Shown: piece by piece, positions 53,459 to 63,587 of the stretch
Position numbering within the stretch: position 1 is the first letter of the stretch
Layout: every line of letters starts with the position of its first letter
Source: Algisphaera sp.
GTDB taxonomy: Bacteria; Planctomycetota; Phycisphaerae; Phycisphaerales; Phycisphaeraceae
Reading direction: 5' to 3'
Assembly (NCBI GenBank): GCA_036480015.1
Contig: JAZGFZ010000051.1
Location: forward strand, 2,319 to 66,318
DNA length: 64,000 nucleotides
Notes under the pieces: generated by a model
Seen by the model: only the letters and a program-made list of their open reading frames with translations
What the model was told of the DNA's origin: nothing
The model's database searches: none
Made by a program: the position numbers and the translations under genes

Positions 53459-54346
53459 TCAGTCGTAACTGGTTTTAAGCATGTCGTCAGGGTGTGTGAT
53501 CACCGCCATGATTTTAAAGTCAGGGTTAAAATCCTCCCTGTTATTCATCAATGCGCGATAGCCCGCATCACTGGTTCGCGTACGACGAAGTCGCAAATGC
53601 TGAACCTCAGACACACCCAATCGCGACACGTCAATCGCCAAGCCACCTAGCATCTGGCCTGATTGATTCAGATAAAACGCAGGCACGGTGGGGAATGTCT
53701 CTTCAGGACTCACCGCAAGAGCAGGCCCCAACGCAGCGCCACTGGCATCCACCGCTTGCATGGTGATCCACGAGTTTCCACCCTGCTCGCCACGTTCGAA
53801 AAAGAGTAATTCTCCATGAACATCCGAAGCCAACGGATCGTCATCCCGAACCGGCCGACCAAATGAAATCACAAAACTAAACTGAGGCGACGCATAGGTG
53901 TCCATGTAATTGTTGATGTTCTGATTGGCCATCACCTGATGCAGCATCGGCTCAAACGCGGCCACATCTGCCTGGGTAATCGTGTCGCTTTCCACCCGGC
54001 TAGCCAAGCCACCAAGCTTCCAAAGCCCTGGCACCCCCACCGTGACATGCTCGCCGCCACGAACCCGAATATTTCGACCATCGCTTGCACCAACATTCAA
54101 ATCCGTCACACGCGTGGGACTGTAATACTCGCGATGTTCCGAACCGTCGGGGTAAACCACCGAGGTCAGAAACGCATCGCCTCCAAAATCACCTTGGGTC
54201 GCCGAGCCGCTCACGTTAAACACCGCTTCTTGACTGACAGGTATTTGATAGGCGTGCGGAAAATCCCCCCCCACGGCAACACCTACAAACAGCGTTGTGG
54301 CAAGGCCTGCAAACATCGATTTTTTTTGACCAAACACGCTCATCAT
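53459..54346 (-). CDS. Secreted protein, resembles XDP2-type surface-protein core
   Basis: Signal peptide; FFERG...NS...AVDASG...G and PDFK motifs recalled from that family, not searched. Confidence 0.45.
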   Translation of the reverse strand: MMSVFGQKKSMFAGLATTLFVGVAVGGDFPHAYQIPVSQEAVFNVSGSATQGDFGGDAFLTSVVYPDGSEHREYYSPTRVTDLNVGASDGRNIRVRGGEHVTVGVPGLWKLGGLASRVESDTITQADVAAFEPMLHQVMANQNINNYMDTYASPQFSFVISFGRPVRDDDPLASDVHGELLFFERGEQGGNSWITMQAVDASGAALGPALAVSPEETFPTVPAFYLNQSGQMLGGLAIDVSRLGVSEVQHLRLRRTRTSDAGYRALMNNREDFNPDFKIMAVITHPDDMLKTSYD

Positions 54347-54627
54347 AAAACTCCCTAAAAGAAATACCGATCAGAAATGACACGTGGCCTTCTCCCTCGA
54401 ATGCCACCCTTTGATTATGCCCCGCCAATAGGCCAAAGCCAACAAAGTCAACACGAAACACCTCATTTAGCGACATTCGTCCGATTTGTCCGGTTTTAAC
54501 GGCCAGCCAACCCCACCCAAAACACACTCAAACAACTCTGTAACGCCTCAAACTTGCTTTTTTAAGTCTCTCACGGCAACATCACAACGTCGCCCGCAAC
54601 GTCTCAAAAACCAAGCCCCCAAACCAC

Positions 54628-54658
54628 AAAAAAACCGCGAGCCCTTTCGGGCCCGCGG
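54628..54658 (-). terminator. Intrinsic terminator of rpsA
   Basis: CCGCG-A-GCCC-TTTC-GGGC-C-CGCGG with A7 on the left. Confidence 0.65.
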
Positions 54659-54704
54659 CGTCTTTCAATACAACTTATTCAAACCAAGGTCATTCAAACA
54701 ATGA

Positions 54705-56504
54705 TTATTCAGTCGGTGTTGACGGTGACGATGCGCCGCCTTCGCCAAAGGTGATCTTGTCGGTGCCCAAGTGGCCACCCTCGCCCAAGCCGCCCACGCC
54801 GCCGCCGGCTTGAGGGGCTGCGCGTTCGGTGCGTTCAGCAGCAGCATCTTGCTCGCTGGTCCACATGGCACGTTTGAGCGACAAGCCGATCTTGCGATCG
54901 TCCAAGTCGACACGCAAAATCTTGACTTCGATTTCTTGATCTTGCGTCACCACGTCGGTGGGGTTTTCCACCTTGTGGTCAGCCAGCTCACTGATGTGCA
55001 AGAGGCCTTCCAAGTCGTCTTCCAGCTCGACGAATACGCCGAAGTTGGTGATCTTGGTGACCTTGCCCATCACAATCATGCCAGGCTGGTAGTGCGTTGG
55101 AATAGCTTCGGCCCAAGGGTCTTCGCTCAATTGTTTGAGGCCCAATGCAACACGCTGTTTGTCGCGGTCCACTTCAAGCACCACACAACGCTGATCTTCG
55201 CCCTTTTTGAGCACTTCGTTGGGGTGCCCGATTTTCTTGGTCCACGACAAGTCGCTGACGTGCAGCAAGCCGTCGATGCCCGGTTCGATTTCCACAAACG
55301 CACCGTAGCTGGCCAAGTTTCGCACTTTGCCTTCGATGACGGTTCCGGGAGGGTATTTGTCCGCGACCAATTCCCAAGGATTCACCTCGGTTTGCTTCAT
55401 GCCCAAGCTAATTTCTTGCTTGTCTTTGTTGAAGTTCAAAATCACCACTTCGGCTTCTTCGCCAATCGACACCAGCTCGCTGGGGTGATTGATACGCTTG
55501 GTCCAGCTCATTTCGCTGATGTGCACCAAGCCTTCGACGCCTTCTTCCAACTTCACAAACGCACCATACGACATGATGTTGGTCACTTCGCCCTTGAGAC
55601 GGGTGTTTGGTGGGTACTTGCGTTCGATGTCTTCCCCTGGCGAAGCATCCTTCTGCTTCAATCCCAAGGCAATCTTTTCTTTTTCGTGGTCGATGTTCAA
55701 AATCTTGACTTCGAGCTTTTCCTCGATTTTCAATATGTCTGAAGGGTGATTCACCCGACCCCAGCTCATGTCAGTGATGTGCAGCAAGCCATCAAGGCCG
55801 CCCAAGTCAACAAACGCACCAAAGTCGGCGATGTTCTTGACGGTTCCTTCGACAATGTCACCCACCTTGATCTTCTCAAGCAAGCCCTTACGCAAGATCG
55901 TTCGACGATCTTCGATCAACTTACGACGTGAAATCACAATGTTGCGACGTTCAGTGTCGATTTTAAGAATTTGGCTTTCAATTGTTTGACCAATGTAAAT
56001 GCCAATATCTTGCGGACGGCGCACGTCCACTTGACTCGCAGGCAAAAACACCGGCACGCCGATGTCCACCAACAAACCACCTTTGATCTTTCGCATGACC
56101 TTGCCGTCGACAACGTCGCCTTCGCCTTTTTCGGTAATCAGTTTTTCCCAACCGCGAATGCGATCGGCCTTGCGTTTCGAAACCTGCACGGTGCCGTCAT
56201 CGCCGTCAACGTCTTCAAGCAGCACCTCCACGGTGTCGCCAATTTCAACATCTTTGGGGTCGTCAAACTCGTGCTTGTCGAGAATACCTTCACTTTTAAG
56301 TCCCACGTCGACCAAAAAGTCGTCGCCCGCATAGCCAATGATCTTGCCCTGCAAAACAGAGCCGCTGCTAAAGTCGCCGATCGCGTCAACAAGCAGGCCT
56401 TCCATGTCGCCGTCGGCAACCTCTTGGCCCAAAGCCTCGGCGACCATCGCCTCGGCTTCCGTGTCTTCGATACTGAGAGAGGAGATAAGGTTGTGATTAA
56501 CCAT
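54705..56504 (-). CDS. rpsA: 30S ribosomal protein S1
   Basis: Repeated S1 domains (FGAFVDLGGLDGLLHITDMSW etc.). Start reassigned to the ATG at 56504 (MVNHNL). Confidence 0.96.
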   Translation of the reverse strand: MVNHNLISSLSIEDTEAEAMVAEALGQEVADGDMEGLLVDAIGDFSSGSVLQGKIIGYAGDDFLVDVGLKSEGILDKHEFDDPKDVEIGDTVEVLLEDVDGDDGTVQVSKRKADRIRGWEKLITEKGEGDVVDGKVMRKIKGGLLVDIGVPVFLPASQVDVRRPQDIGIYIGQTIESQILKIDTERRNIVISRRKLIEDRRTILRKGLLEKIKVGDIVEGTVKNIADFGAFVDLGGLDGLLHITDMSWGRVNHPSDILKIEEKLEVKILNIDHEKEKIALGLKQKDASPGEDIERKYPPNTRLKGEVTNIMSYGAFVKLEEGVEGLVHISEMSWTKRINHPSELVSIGEEAEVVILNFNKDKQEISLGMKQTEVNPWELVADKYPPGTVIEGKVRNLASYGAFVEIEPGIDGLLHVSDLSWTKKIGHPNEVLKKGEDQRCVVLEVDRDKQRVALGLKQLSEDPWAEAIPTHYQPGMIVMGKVTKITNFGVFVELEDDLEGLLHISELADHKVENPTDVVTQDQEIEVKILRVDLDDRKIGLSLKRAMWTSEQDAAAERTERAAPQAGGGVGGLGEGGHLGTDKITFGEGGASSPSTPTE

Positions 56505-56763
56505 GCGATTCAATGTTCCTGAATGTGTTTGGGCCCGGTGGCCCTCGTAGTGAGATATACCTGGGCCTGCACGACAACGGCAGACAGAAAAACCAGGTCG
56601 CGACCCACGGGTAGGTCGCCTGAACAACAACGCATTTGCAGCCCCCGCGGGGCCACCCAACACGTCGAAAATCCGGTCGGTCATTGTAACAGCCTCGGTC
56701 AATCATCACCGATAAAACAAGCCGCCTCTTCCCCTTTGCATTCCACGGTTTAAACTTCACCTC

Positions 56764-59058
56764 ATGCCCGACGCCCCCCCCCCCGACGCGAACCCCGATC
56801 ACCTGCCTGCCTACCCTGCCCCCGCAGGGGGTTGGGGGGCCCTCAAAAGCACCTTCAAACACGTTGGAGCCCAATCTGGCAAGCTAAAAATCGCCCTCAC
56901 GCTCTTGAAAATCAATCAACCCAACGGCTTTGATTGCCCTGGCTGCGCTTGGCCCGAACCACCTGCCGACCAGCGATCCAGCTTTGAATTTTGCGAAAAC
57001 GGCGCCAAGGCCATTGCTTGGGAAGCCACCCGTGACCAAGTGGGCCCCGCCTTTTTCAAACGCTACCCCGTGGCCCACCTCCGTAAGCAAACCGATCATT
57101 GGCTTGAAAAACAAGGCCGCCTCACCCAGCCCATGCGTTACGACGCCGCCACCGACCACTACATTCCCGTGTCCTGGGACGACGCCTTTAACCTCATCGC
57201 CAAACATCTCAAACGCCTCGACCACCCCGACCGTGCGGCCTTTTACACCTCAGGCCGCACCAGCAACGAGGCTGCGTTTCTCTTTCAATTACTCGGTCGC
57301 AAATTTGGCACCAACAACTTTCCCGATTGCTCAAACATGTGCCACGAGTCATCGGGCGTGGCTTTAAATGAATCCATCGGCGTGGGCAAAGGCACCGTGA
57401 GCTTGGCCGATTTCGATGAAGCCGACTGCATTCTCGTCGTGGGACAAAACCCCGGCACCAACCACCCCCGCATGCTTGGCGAATTGCAAAAAGCCTCAAC
57501 CCGCGGCGCCCACGTGGTGTCTGTTAACCCGCTACGCGAGCGCGGCACCGAAAGTTTTTTACACCCTCAACACAAAATGGCCATGCTCGGCCGCCAAGCG
57601 TCATCCATTGGATCGCATTTTTTACAGCCCACGGTGGGTGGCGACGTGGCCGTGTTCAAGGGCCTCTGCAAAATCGTACTCGAAGCCGAAGACAAAGCCC
57701 CTGGCACGGTTCTCGACCACGCCTTTATCAACGAACACACCCATGGCTTCGAGTCTTTTGCCAACGACTTGCGCACCACCCCGTGGAAAGACATCACCGC
57801 GCAATCTGGCCTTACTCAAGCGCAGTTGAACGAAGTGGCCGACCTTTATCTTGCCTCCAATCGCGTCATCGCTTGCTGGGCCATGGGCCTCACACAACAA
57901 CGATACGGCGTGGCCGCCATTCAAATGGTGGTCAACCTGCTGCTCATGCGTGGCAATTTGGGCAAACCCGGGGCCGGAGCCTGCCCCGTACGTGGTCATT
58001 CCAATGTGCAGGGCGACCGCACCATGGGCATCTCCGAACACCCCCCCAAGTGGTCGCCCCAATTGGGCGAACATTTTAATTTCACCCCGCCCACCGAAAA
58101 AGGCCTCGATGTCGTCCGCGCAATCCAAGCCATGCGCGACGGCCAAGCCCATGTTTTCATCGCCATGGGCGGCAACTTTGCCGCCGCCACGCCCGACACC
58201 CATGCCACCTACGCAGCCATGGAAAACTGCGACCTCAACGTGCAAATTTCCACCAAGCTCAACCGCTCTCACACCGTTTTGGGCCAAGGCAAAGACGCAC
58301 TGATTCTCCCCTGCCTAGGCCGCACCGAGCGAGACCTCACCGATGCCGGAACCCAACAAGTCACCGTCGAAGACTCCATGTCCATGGTCCACGCTTCTAC
58401 CGGACGCAACACCCCCGCCTCGTTTCATCTCAAAAGTGAGCCCGCCATCGTGTGCGGCATCGCCCGCGCCCTTTTTGGCCCGCAAGACCCCACCGCATGG
58501 GAAGATTTCGCCCGCGATCACAACCACATTCGCGATGCCATTGCCCACATCATCCCGGGATTTGACAACTTCAACGAAAAAATCAAACACAAAAACGGCT
58601 TCTACTTGGGCAACACCGCCCGCGACCGTGTGTGGGTCAACGCAGGCCAAAAAGCCGCCTTTCAAACCCTCGACATTCCCGACCTCACCCTGCCTGCCGG
58701 TCAACTTAAGCTCATGACCCTGCGCAGCCACGATCAATACAACACCACCGTCTATGGCATGGATGACCGCTACCGTGGCATTCAAAACGCTCGAGACATC
58801 ATCTTCGCCAACGCCCAAGACCTCGCCGATCGCAATCTCAACGATGGCGATCATGTCACCGTCGCAAGCCACTACGACGATGGCGCTCAGCGCCAAGTCA
58901 AACGTTTTCGCCTCGTCGCCTACGACATTCCGCGTGGCTGCTGCGCCGGTTATTTCCCCGAACTCAACGCACTCATCAGCCTCACGTCCGTCGCCCTCAA
59001 ATCCAACACCCCTGTGTCAAAACTGGTGCCGGTCACACTCACCAAATCTGACGACTAA
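56764..59058 (+). CDS. FdhF/YdeP-family molybdopterin oxidoreductase
   Basis: GFDCPGCAWP, FCENGAKA, FYTSGRTSNE, PDCSNMCHESS, RGHSNVQGDR, TLRSHDQYNTT. Confidence 0.92.
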   Translation: MPDAPPPDANPDHLPAYPAPAGGWGALKSTFKHVGAQSGKLKIALTLLKINQPNGFDCPGCAWPEPPADQRSSFEFCENGAKAIAWEATRDQVGPAFFKRYPVAHLRKQTDHWLEKQGRLTQPMRYDAATDHYIPVSWDDAFNLIAKHLKRLDHPDRAAFYTSGRTSNEAAFLFQLLGRKFGTNNFPDCSNMCHESSGVALNESIGVGKGTVSLADFDEADCILVVGQNPGTNHPRMLGELQKASTRGAHVVSVNPLRERGTESFLHPQHKMAMLGRQASSIGSHFLQPTVGGDVAVFKGLCKIVLEAEDKAPGTVLDHAFINEHTHGFESFANDLRTTPWKDITAQSGLTQAQLNEVADLYLASNRVIACWAMGLTQQRYGVAAIQMVVNLLLMRGNLGKPGAGACPVRGHSNVQGDRTMGISEHPPKWSPQLGEHFNFTPPTEKGLDVVRAIQAMRDGQAHVFIAMGGNFAAATPDTHATYAAMENCDLNVQISTKLNRSHTVLGQGKDALILPCLGRTERDLTDAGTQQVTVEDSMSMVHASTGRNTPASFHLKSEPAIVCGIARALFGPQDPTAWEDFARDHNHIRDAIAHIIPGFDNFNEKIKHKNGFYLGNTARDRVWVNAGQKAAFQTLDIPDLTLPAGQLKLMTLRSHDQYNTTVYGMDDRYRGIQNARDIIFANAQDLADRNLNDGDHVTVASHYDDGAQRQVKRFRLVAYDIPRGCCAGYFPELNALISLTSVALKSNTPVSKLVPVTLTKSDD

Positions 59059-59066
59059 CCCTCCCC

Positions 59067-59888
59067 ATGCAAGCCCCCATCCACCGCTACCGCACAGGCG
59101 AAGGTCTCACGCAAGCCAACGACGAACTGGCCGTCGAAGAACCCCTCGAAATTCGCATCGCGGGCAAAGCCGTTTCGGTCACCATGCGCACCCCCGGCGA
59201 AGGTGACCACCGCGCCCTGCACGACACCGAACTCGCGGCAGGATTTCTACTCAGCGAAGGCATCATCGCGTCTGCAGCCGACCTAGACCGCATCGAACCT
59301 TGTGGTCGCACACAAGCCGACGTCAACGTGCTTAATGTTTTTCTCACCCCCGGCTGCACGTTCGATCCTCAATCACTGATCCGCCATGTCTTTGCCAGCT
59401 CAAGCTGTGGCTTGTGTGGCAAAGCCACCTTGGACGCCATTCACCAGCAATTCCCCCCCGTGTACGCCCAAGCCCCAGTCACCACCGACGTCCTGCTAGG
59501 CCTTACCCACACCCTGGCAAAACACCAAGCCACTTTCGATCGCACCGGCGGCCTTCACGCGGCGGGCCTTTTTGACCGCACCGGCAAACTGCTTGTCACC
59601 CGCGAAGACATCGGCCGCCACAACGCCGTGGACAAAGTCATCGGCCACGCACTGCAAGCAGGCTGGGCCACCGACGACCACATTCTTTGGGTCAGCGGCC
59701 GAGCGTCTTTTGAAATCATGCAAAAAGCCCTCGCCGCCCGCATCCCGCTCATCACCGCCGTCAGCGCCCCCTCCAGCCTTGCCGTCGAATTTGCCCACGA
59801 CAGCGGCCAAACCCTCATTGGTTTCTTACGCGAGGGCCGAATGAACATTTATGCTGGCGCCCAGCGCGTGACCACGCCTCAAAACTAA
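59067..59888 (+). CDS. fdhD: Formate dehydrogenase accessory sulfurtransferase
   Basis: EEPLEI, MRTPG, SSCGLCG, TGGLHAA, EDIGRHNAVDK. Confidence 0.93.
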   Translation: MQAPIHRYRTGEGLTQANDELAVEEPLEIRIAGKAVSVTMRTPGEGDHRALHDTELAAGFLLSEGIIASAADLDRIEPCGRTQADVNVLNVFLTPGCTFDPQSLIRHVFASSSCGLCGKATLDAIHQQFPPVYAQAPVTTDVLLGLTHTLAKHQATFDRTGGLHAAGLFDRTGKLLVTREDIGRHNAVDKVIGHALQAGWATDDHILWVSGRASFEIMQKALAARIPLITAVSAPSSLAVEFAHDSGQTLIGFLREGRMNIYAGAQRVTTPQN

Positions 59889-59927
59889 ATCCCCCACGTC
59901 ATCTCACGTCACCCACCGTGCCCCGCT

Positions 59928-60683
59928 CTAGCCCTTGCTTTTCACATACGTCACGGCATTTTCAAAATAGCGCAGCCCCACCGGTGTTTCCTCACATTCG
60001 GCATCACTCAACCGCGTCCACTGCGGATGGTTGGTGTAATGCAAGTGTCGCTCCGGATGCGGCATCAAACCAAACACCAACCCCGTGGGATCACACACCC
60101 CCGCAATATCACGCTGCGAACCATTGGGATTTTCGGCATAACGAATCGCCACTTGCCCTTGAGCCTCCAATGCGTCCAACACCTCATCGGACGCTTCAAA
60201 ACGCCCCTCGCCATGGGCCATGGGCAAATCGTGATCGCCCAAGCCTTGGGTCCAAATGCATTTCGACGTCGCTTCCACAACCATCGGCGTCCAGCGGTCA
60301 ATGAACCGCCCTGATTCATTGTGAGCAAGTGTTGCGGTCTGAGCCCCGGCATGAGGGTCAGGCAACAAGCCCAACTTCACCAGCACCTGAAAACCATTGC
60401 ACGGCCCAATCATCGGCACCCCACGGTCGATGGCCGCGAGCAAAGGCTCGTAAAGCTTGTGCTTCAGCCGATTCGCAAAAATACGCCCCGCCGCAATGTC
60501 GTCGCCATAGCTAAACCCCCCCGGAAAACCAATCACATTAAACGCTTTAAGTTGCGCGGGATCCGCAATCAGCTCATTCAAATGAAGCGTCGTCGTGGCC
60601 GCACCGGCCAATTCAAAAGCATGGGTCAATTCGCGGTCGCAATTGGTGCCCGCCGTACGAAGGATAAGACAGTGAGGGGTCAT
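59928..60683 (-). CDS. purQ: FGAM synthase glutaminase subunit
   Basis: GTNCDRE, PGGFSYGD, GPCNGFQVL, AHGEG, GLMPHPER. Confidence 0.93.
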   Translation of the reverse strand: MTPHCLILRTAGTNCDRELTHAFELAGAATTTLHLNELIADPAQLKAFNVIGFPGGFSYGDDIAAGRIFANRLKHKLYEPLLAAIDRGVPMIGPCNGFQVLVKLGLLPDPHAGAQTATLAHNESGRFIDRWTPMVVEATSKCIWTQGLGDHDLPMAHGEGRFEASDEVLDALEAQGQVAIRYAENPNGSQRDIAGVCDPTGLVFGLMPHPERHLHYTNHPQWTRLSDAECEETPVGLRYFENAVTYVKSKG

Positions 60684-60758
60684 GCAGAGGATTGTAAGCC
60701 AGCACCCCAACAGGCGTATGCCCCACACGCTCAAGGCAAGAAACGCACCCCAAACGCC

Positions 60759-61046
60759 TCAATGTTCTGGCGTTGGGGGCTTCCGTTTCGCGGTGCGGTA
60801 ATTCGCCCGCCGTCCAGCGTATTCTTCAGGATTCAGCGGCAAATCAGGCTGTTCCACACCATCCATCGCCTGTCGATGCAGCGTTTTGATAAACGGCACG
60901 CACCACCCACACCCTGTGCCGGCACTTAAGCATTCACTAATCAAGCTCGCCACCGGCGGCCGCTCGCGTTTGCAGTAATTCACAATTTTCCGCTGGCTCA
61001 CATGAAAGCACAGGCACACATTGTCGTCAGGATCCATAGCCGCCAT
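60759..61046 (-). CDS. BFD-like [2Fe-2S] protein
   Basis: VCLCFHV...AGTGCGWC. Confidence 0.85.
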   Translation of the reverse strand: MAAMDPDDNVCLCFHVSQRKIVNYCKRERPPVASLISECLSAGTGCGWCVPFIKTLHRQAMDGVEQPDLPLNPEEYAGRRANYRTAKRKPPTPEH

Positions 61047-61069
61047 CTTACCCCGCTAAACTCAGTGGC

Positions 61070-61669
61070 ATGCCCAGCGCCTACGACCACCTTTTAGATC
61101 ACCTGCAAACCCTGCCAGGCATCGGCAAACGCTCGGCTGAGCGCATCGCCTTTCATCTACTCAAGCAACCCGAAGAAAACGTCACCGGCTTGGCCCACGC
61201 CCTGCGGGCCTTTCGCGAAAACCTCAAAGTGTGCTCTGTCACCGGCCATGTGTCTGAATCAGACCCTTGCGCCATCGCGTGCGATCCCAAACGCGACCAC
61301 AGCACCATTCTCGTTGTCGAACAACCCACCGACGTCATCAGCATGGAACAAACCGGCGCCTTTCACGGCAGCTACCACGTGCTCATGGGCCGTGTCGCCC
61401 CACTCGAAGCCATCGGCCCAGGCGACCTCAACGTTCAAAAATTACTCGACCGCATCGACCGCAACACCCCACCCATCGTCGAAGTCATTCTCGGCACCAA
61501 CCCCACCCTCGAAGGCGATGGCACCGCCATGTATCTCGCCGAGCAACTCGCTCACCGCAACGTCAAAGTCACCCGTTTGGCCCGCGGCCTGCCCACGGGC
61601 TCAAACCTACAAACCGTCAGCAAAGCGGTGTTAAGCGACGCCGTTAAAGGACGCGTTCGCGATTTTTAA
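61070..61669 (+). CDS. recR: Recombination mediator RecR
   Basis: LPGIGKRSAERIAF, EVILGTNPTLEGDGTA, RLARGLP. Confidence 0.93.
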   Translation: MPSAYDHLLDHLQTLPGIGKRSAERIAFHLLKQPEENVTGLAHALRAFRENLKVCSVTGHVSESDPCAIACDPKRDHSTILVVEQPTDVISMEQTGAFHGSYHVLMGRVAPLEAIGPGDLNVQKLLDRIDRNTPPIVEVILGTNPTLEGDGTAMYLAEQLAHRNVKVTRLARGLPTGSNLQTVSKAVLSDAVKGRVRDF

Positions 61670-61752
61670 TTCAACAACAAAGCCACTCATCTTCGCGCGG
61701 TAAACTGTGTAACCCTTCAAGCCCCTCGCCATTCTTCTTGCAAGCAAACACC

Positions 61753-63291
61753 ATGCGTTTCGACACCGGACAACACATGCGAATGGGCCAGCAAATGAAG
61801 CTGGCGCCGCGGATGATCCAGTCGATGGAAATCCTCCAAATGCCCCAGCAGGCACTGGAAGAACGCATCGACCAAGAACTTTCCAGCAACCCCACGCTGG
61901 AACAAGTCGAAGCCAGCGACGATCAACGCAAAGTCCAAGAGCAACAAAACCAAGCCGATCGCGACGACCATGAAAGCGAACGCGAGATGGTCGTCGACGG
62001 CGACAACCACCAAGCCTCAGACGACTTCGAACGGCTCAGCAACTTTAGTGAGCAATACGGCGACGTATGGAACAGCAACACCGCCGAAGGCGGCGCCACC
62101 GATTTTCGACGCTCTGCCAACCGTGGCGATGGTGAGCGTGACACCAAAATGGACGCCCTTGCGAACACCGCAGCCCGCGGCGCATCGCTCTATGACCAAC
62201 TCATCAACCAATGGCATTTGGTCGAAATCGATGCCCCCACCTTGGCCTTGGGCGAATATCTCATTGGCCTCATTGACCAAGACGGCTACCTGCGTACCGA
62301 ACCGCAAAAGCTACTCGAACAAGCCCCCCCAGGCGTCACCGCCGACCAAATCGACCAATGCGTCGAACTACTCCAAGAAGCCCTCGAGCCCACCGGCCTG
62401 GCCGCCCGCGATTTTCGCGAATGCCTTCTGCTTCAAATCGACCGCAAGCTCTACTTCGACCCACCCGCCCCCCCGCTTGACGAAGGACTCAAGGTCGCCC
62501 GAACCTTGGTACAAGAACACCTCAATGACATCGAAGGCAACCGCTATCCCAAAATAGCCAAAGCCACCGACCTCGATATCAGCACCATTCAATCGGCCAT
62601 TCGCCAGCTGCACCAATTTCACCCCCATCCTGGCCGATTACTCGCCCGCGATGAAGTACACACCATCACCCCCGACGCGGTGATCGAATACAACGAAGAC
62701 ACCGACTGCTATGTCACCACACTCACCCATGGCCGCCTGCCTGCACTGCAAATCAGCGCCTATTACGAAGGCATGGCCGGCAACAAAACAACCGACAAAA
62801 AAACCAAAGACTTCATTGGCGTCAACCTGCGCAATGCCAAGTGGCTCATGGACGCCATACGCCAACGCCACGCCACCCTACTGCGTGTGATTGGCGTGGT
62901 CATCGAAGCCCAACGTGAATTCTTTGAACAAGGTGAAAGCGCCCTCAAACCCCTGCCCATGACACTGGTGGCCGACCAACTTGGCATTCACGTTGCCACT
63001 GTCAGCCGCGCTGTTAATGAAAAATACCTTCAAACCCCTCGCGGTATTTTCCCGCTAAGAATGTTTTTCAGCGGCGGCACCGAAACCGACGCAGGCGACG
63101 CCATGAGCTGGACCGCCGTGCAAGCCAAACTCAAAGACGTCATCGACGCCGAAAACAAAAAGAAGCCCTTCTCCGACGACGAACTTGTGGTCGAGCTCAA
63201 AAAACAAGGCATCGAAATCGCCCGCCGCACCGTCGCCAAATACCGCAAACAACTCAATCTTCCCCCGGCCCGCCAACGCCGCGAGTATTAA
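61753..63291 (+). CDS. rpoN: RNA polymerase sigma-54 factor
   Basis: Gln-rich region I, LADQLGIHVATVSRA HTH, ARRTVAKYR RpoN box. Confidence 0.95.
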   Translation: MRFDTGQHMRMGQQMKLAPRMIQSMEILQMPQQALEERIDQELSSNPTLEQVEASDDQRKVQEQQNQADRDDHESEREMVVDGDNHQASDDFERLSNFSEQYGDVWNSNTAEGGATDFRRSANRGDGERDTKMDALANTAARGASLYDQLINQWHLVEIDAPTLALGEYLIGLIDQDGYLRTEPQKLLEQAPPGVTADQIDQCVELLQEALEPTGLAARDFRECLLLQIDRKLYFDPPAPPLDEGLKVARTLVQEHLNDIEGNRYPKIAKATDLDISTIQSAIRQLHQFHPHPGRLLARDEVHTITPDAVIEYNEDTDCYVTTLTHGRLPALQISAYYEGMAGNKTTDKKTKDFIGVNLRNAKWLMDAIRQRHATLLRVIGVVIEAQREFFEQGESALKPLPMTLVADQLGIHVATVSRAVNEKYLQTPRGIFPLRMFFSGGTETDAGDAMSWTAVQAKLKDVIDAENKKKPFSDDELVVELKKQGIEIARRTVAKYRKQLNLPPARQRREY

Positions 63292-63301
63292 CAACCTTTA
63301 G

Positions 63302-63509
63302 AACGTGTATGAGAACCCTGCCCTCGTGCAGCGTCAAGCTTGAACTTTAGGGTACGCGTTGAGTTCGCTTGCGGATCCAGCTCACCGCGGGCGGAGCCCG
63401 CACCGTTTGCCCAAAAGGCAACCCTAGGATTAAGGCTTGACCGTGCACTGGCTTCGCCCGCCCAGCCGACCGGTAACGGACAGGCCGACGACAGACTCTC
63501 ATACATGTC
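63302..63509. mobile_element. MITE-like fold-back element with TTAG flanks
   Basis: AACGTGTATGAGA / TCTCATACATGTC (11/13), TTAG on both sides, long internal stem 63326-63353 / 63421-63448. Confidence 0.55.
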
Positions 63510-63556
63510 TTAGAGGCTGAGCGTACAGACACCACGTCTGCACACTCAGCCTCTAA
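63510..63556. repeat. Short hairpin element
   Basis: TTAGAGGCTGAG / CTCAGCCTCTAA, a perfect 12-bp stem between the converging rpoN and tRNA. Confidence 0.6.
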
Positions 63557-63587
63557 ACATCTACACGTACGTTGCCATCAAAAACAA

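Noticed and set aside
55635-55637. Gly in place of the usual Trp in an S1 linker (SPGE vs PW)
   Set aside because: A single-base difference (GGG vs TGG) that cannot be distinguished from a sequencing error.
63302-63509. Firm call as 6S RNA, SRP RNA, tmRNA or RNase P RNA
   Set aside because: No diagnostic motifs recognised; terminal IRs and TTAG duplication fit a MITE better. Left open as a finding.
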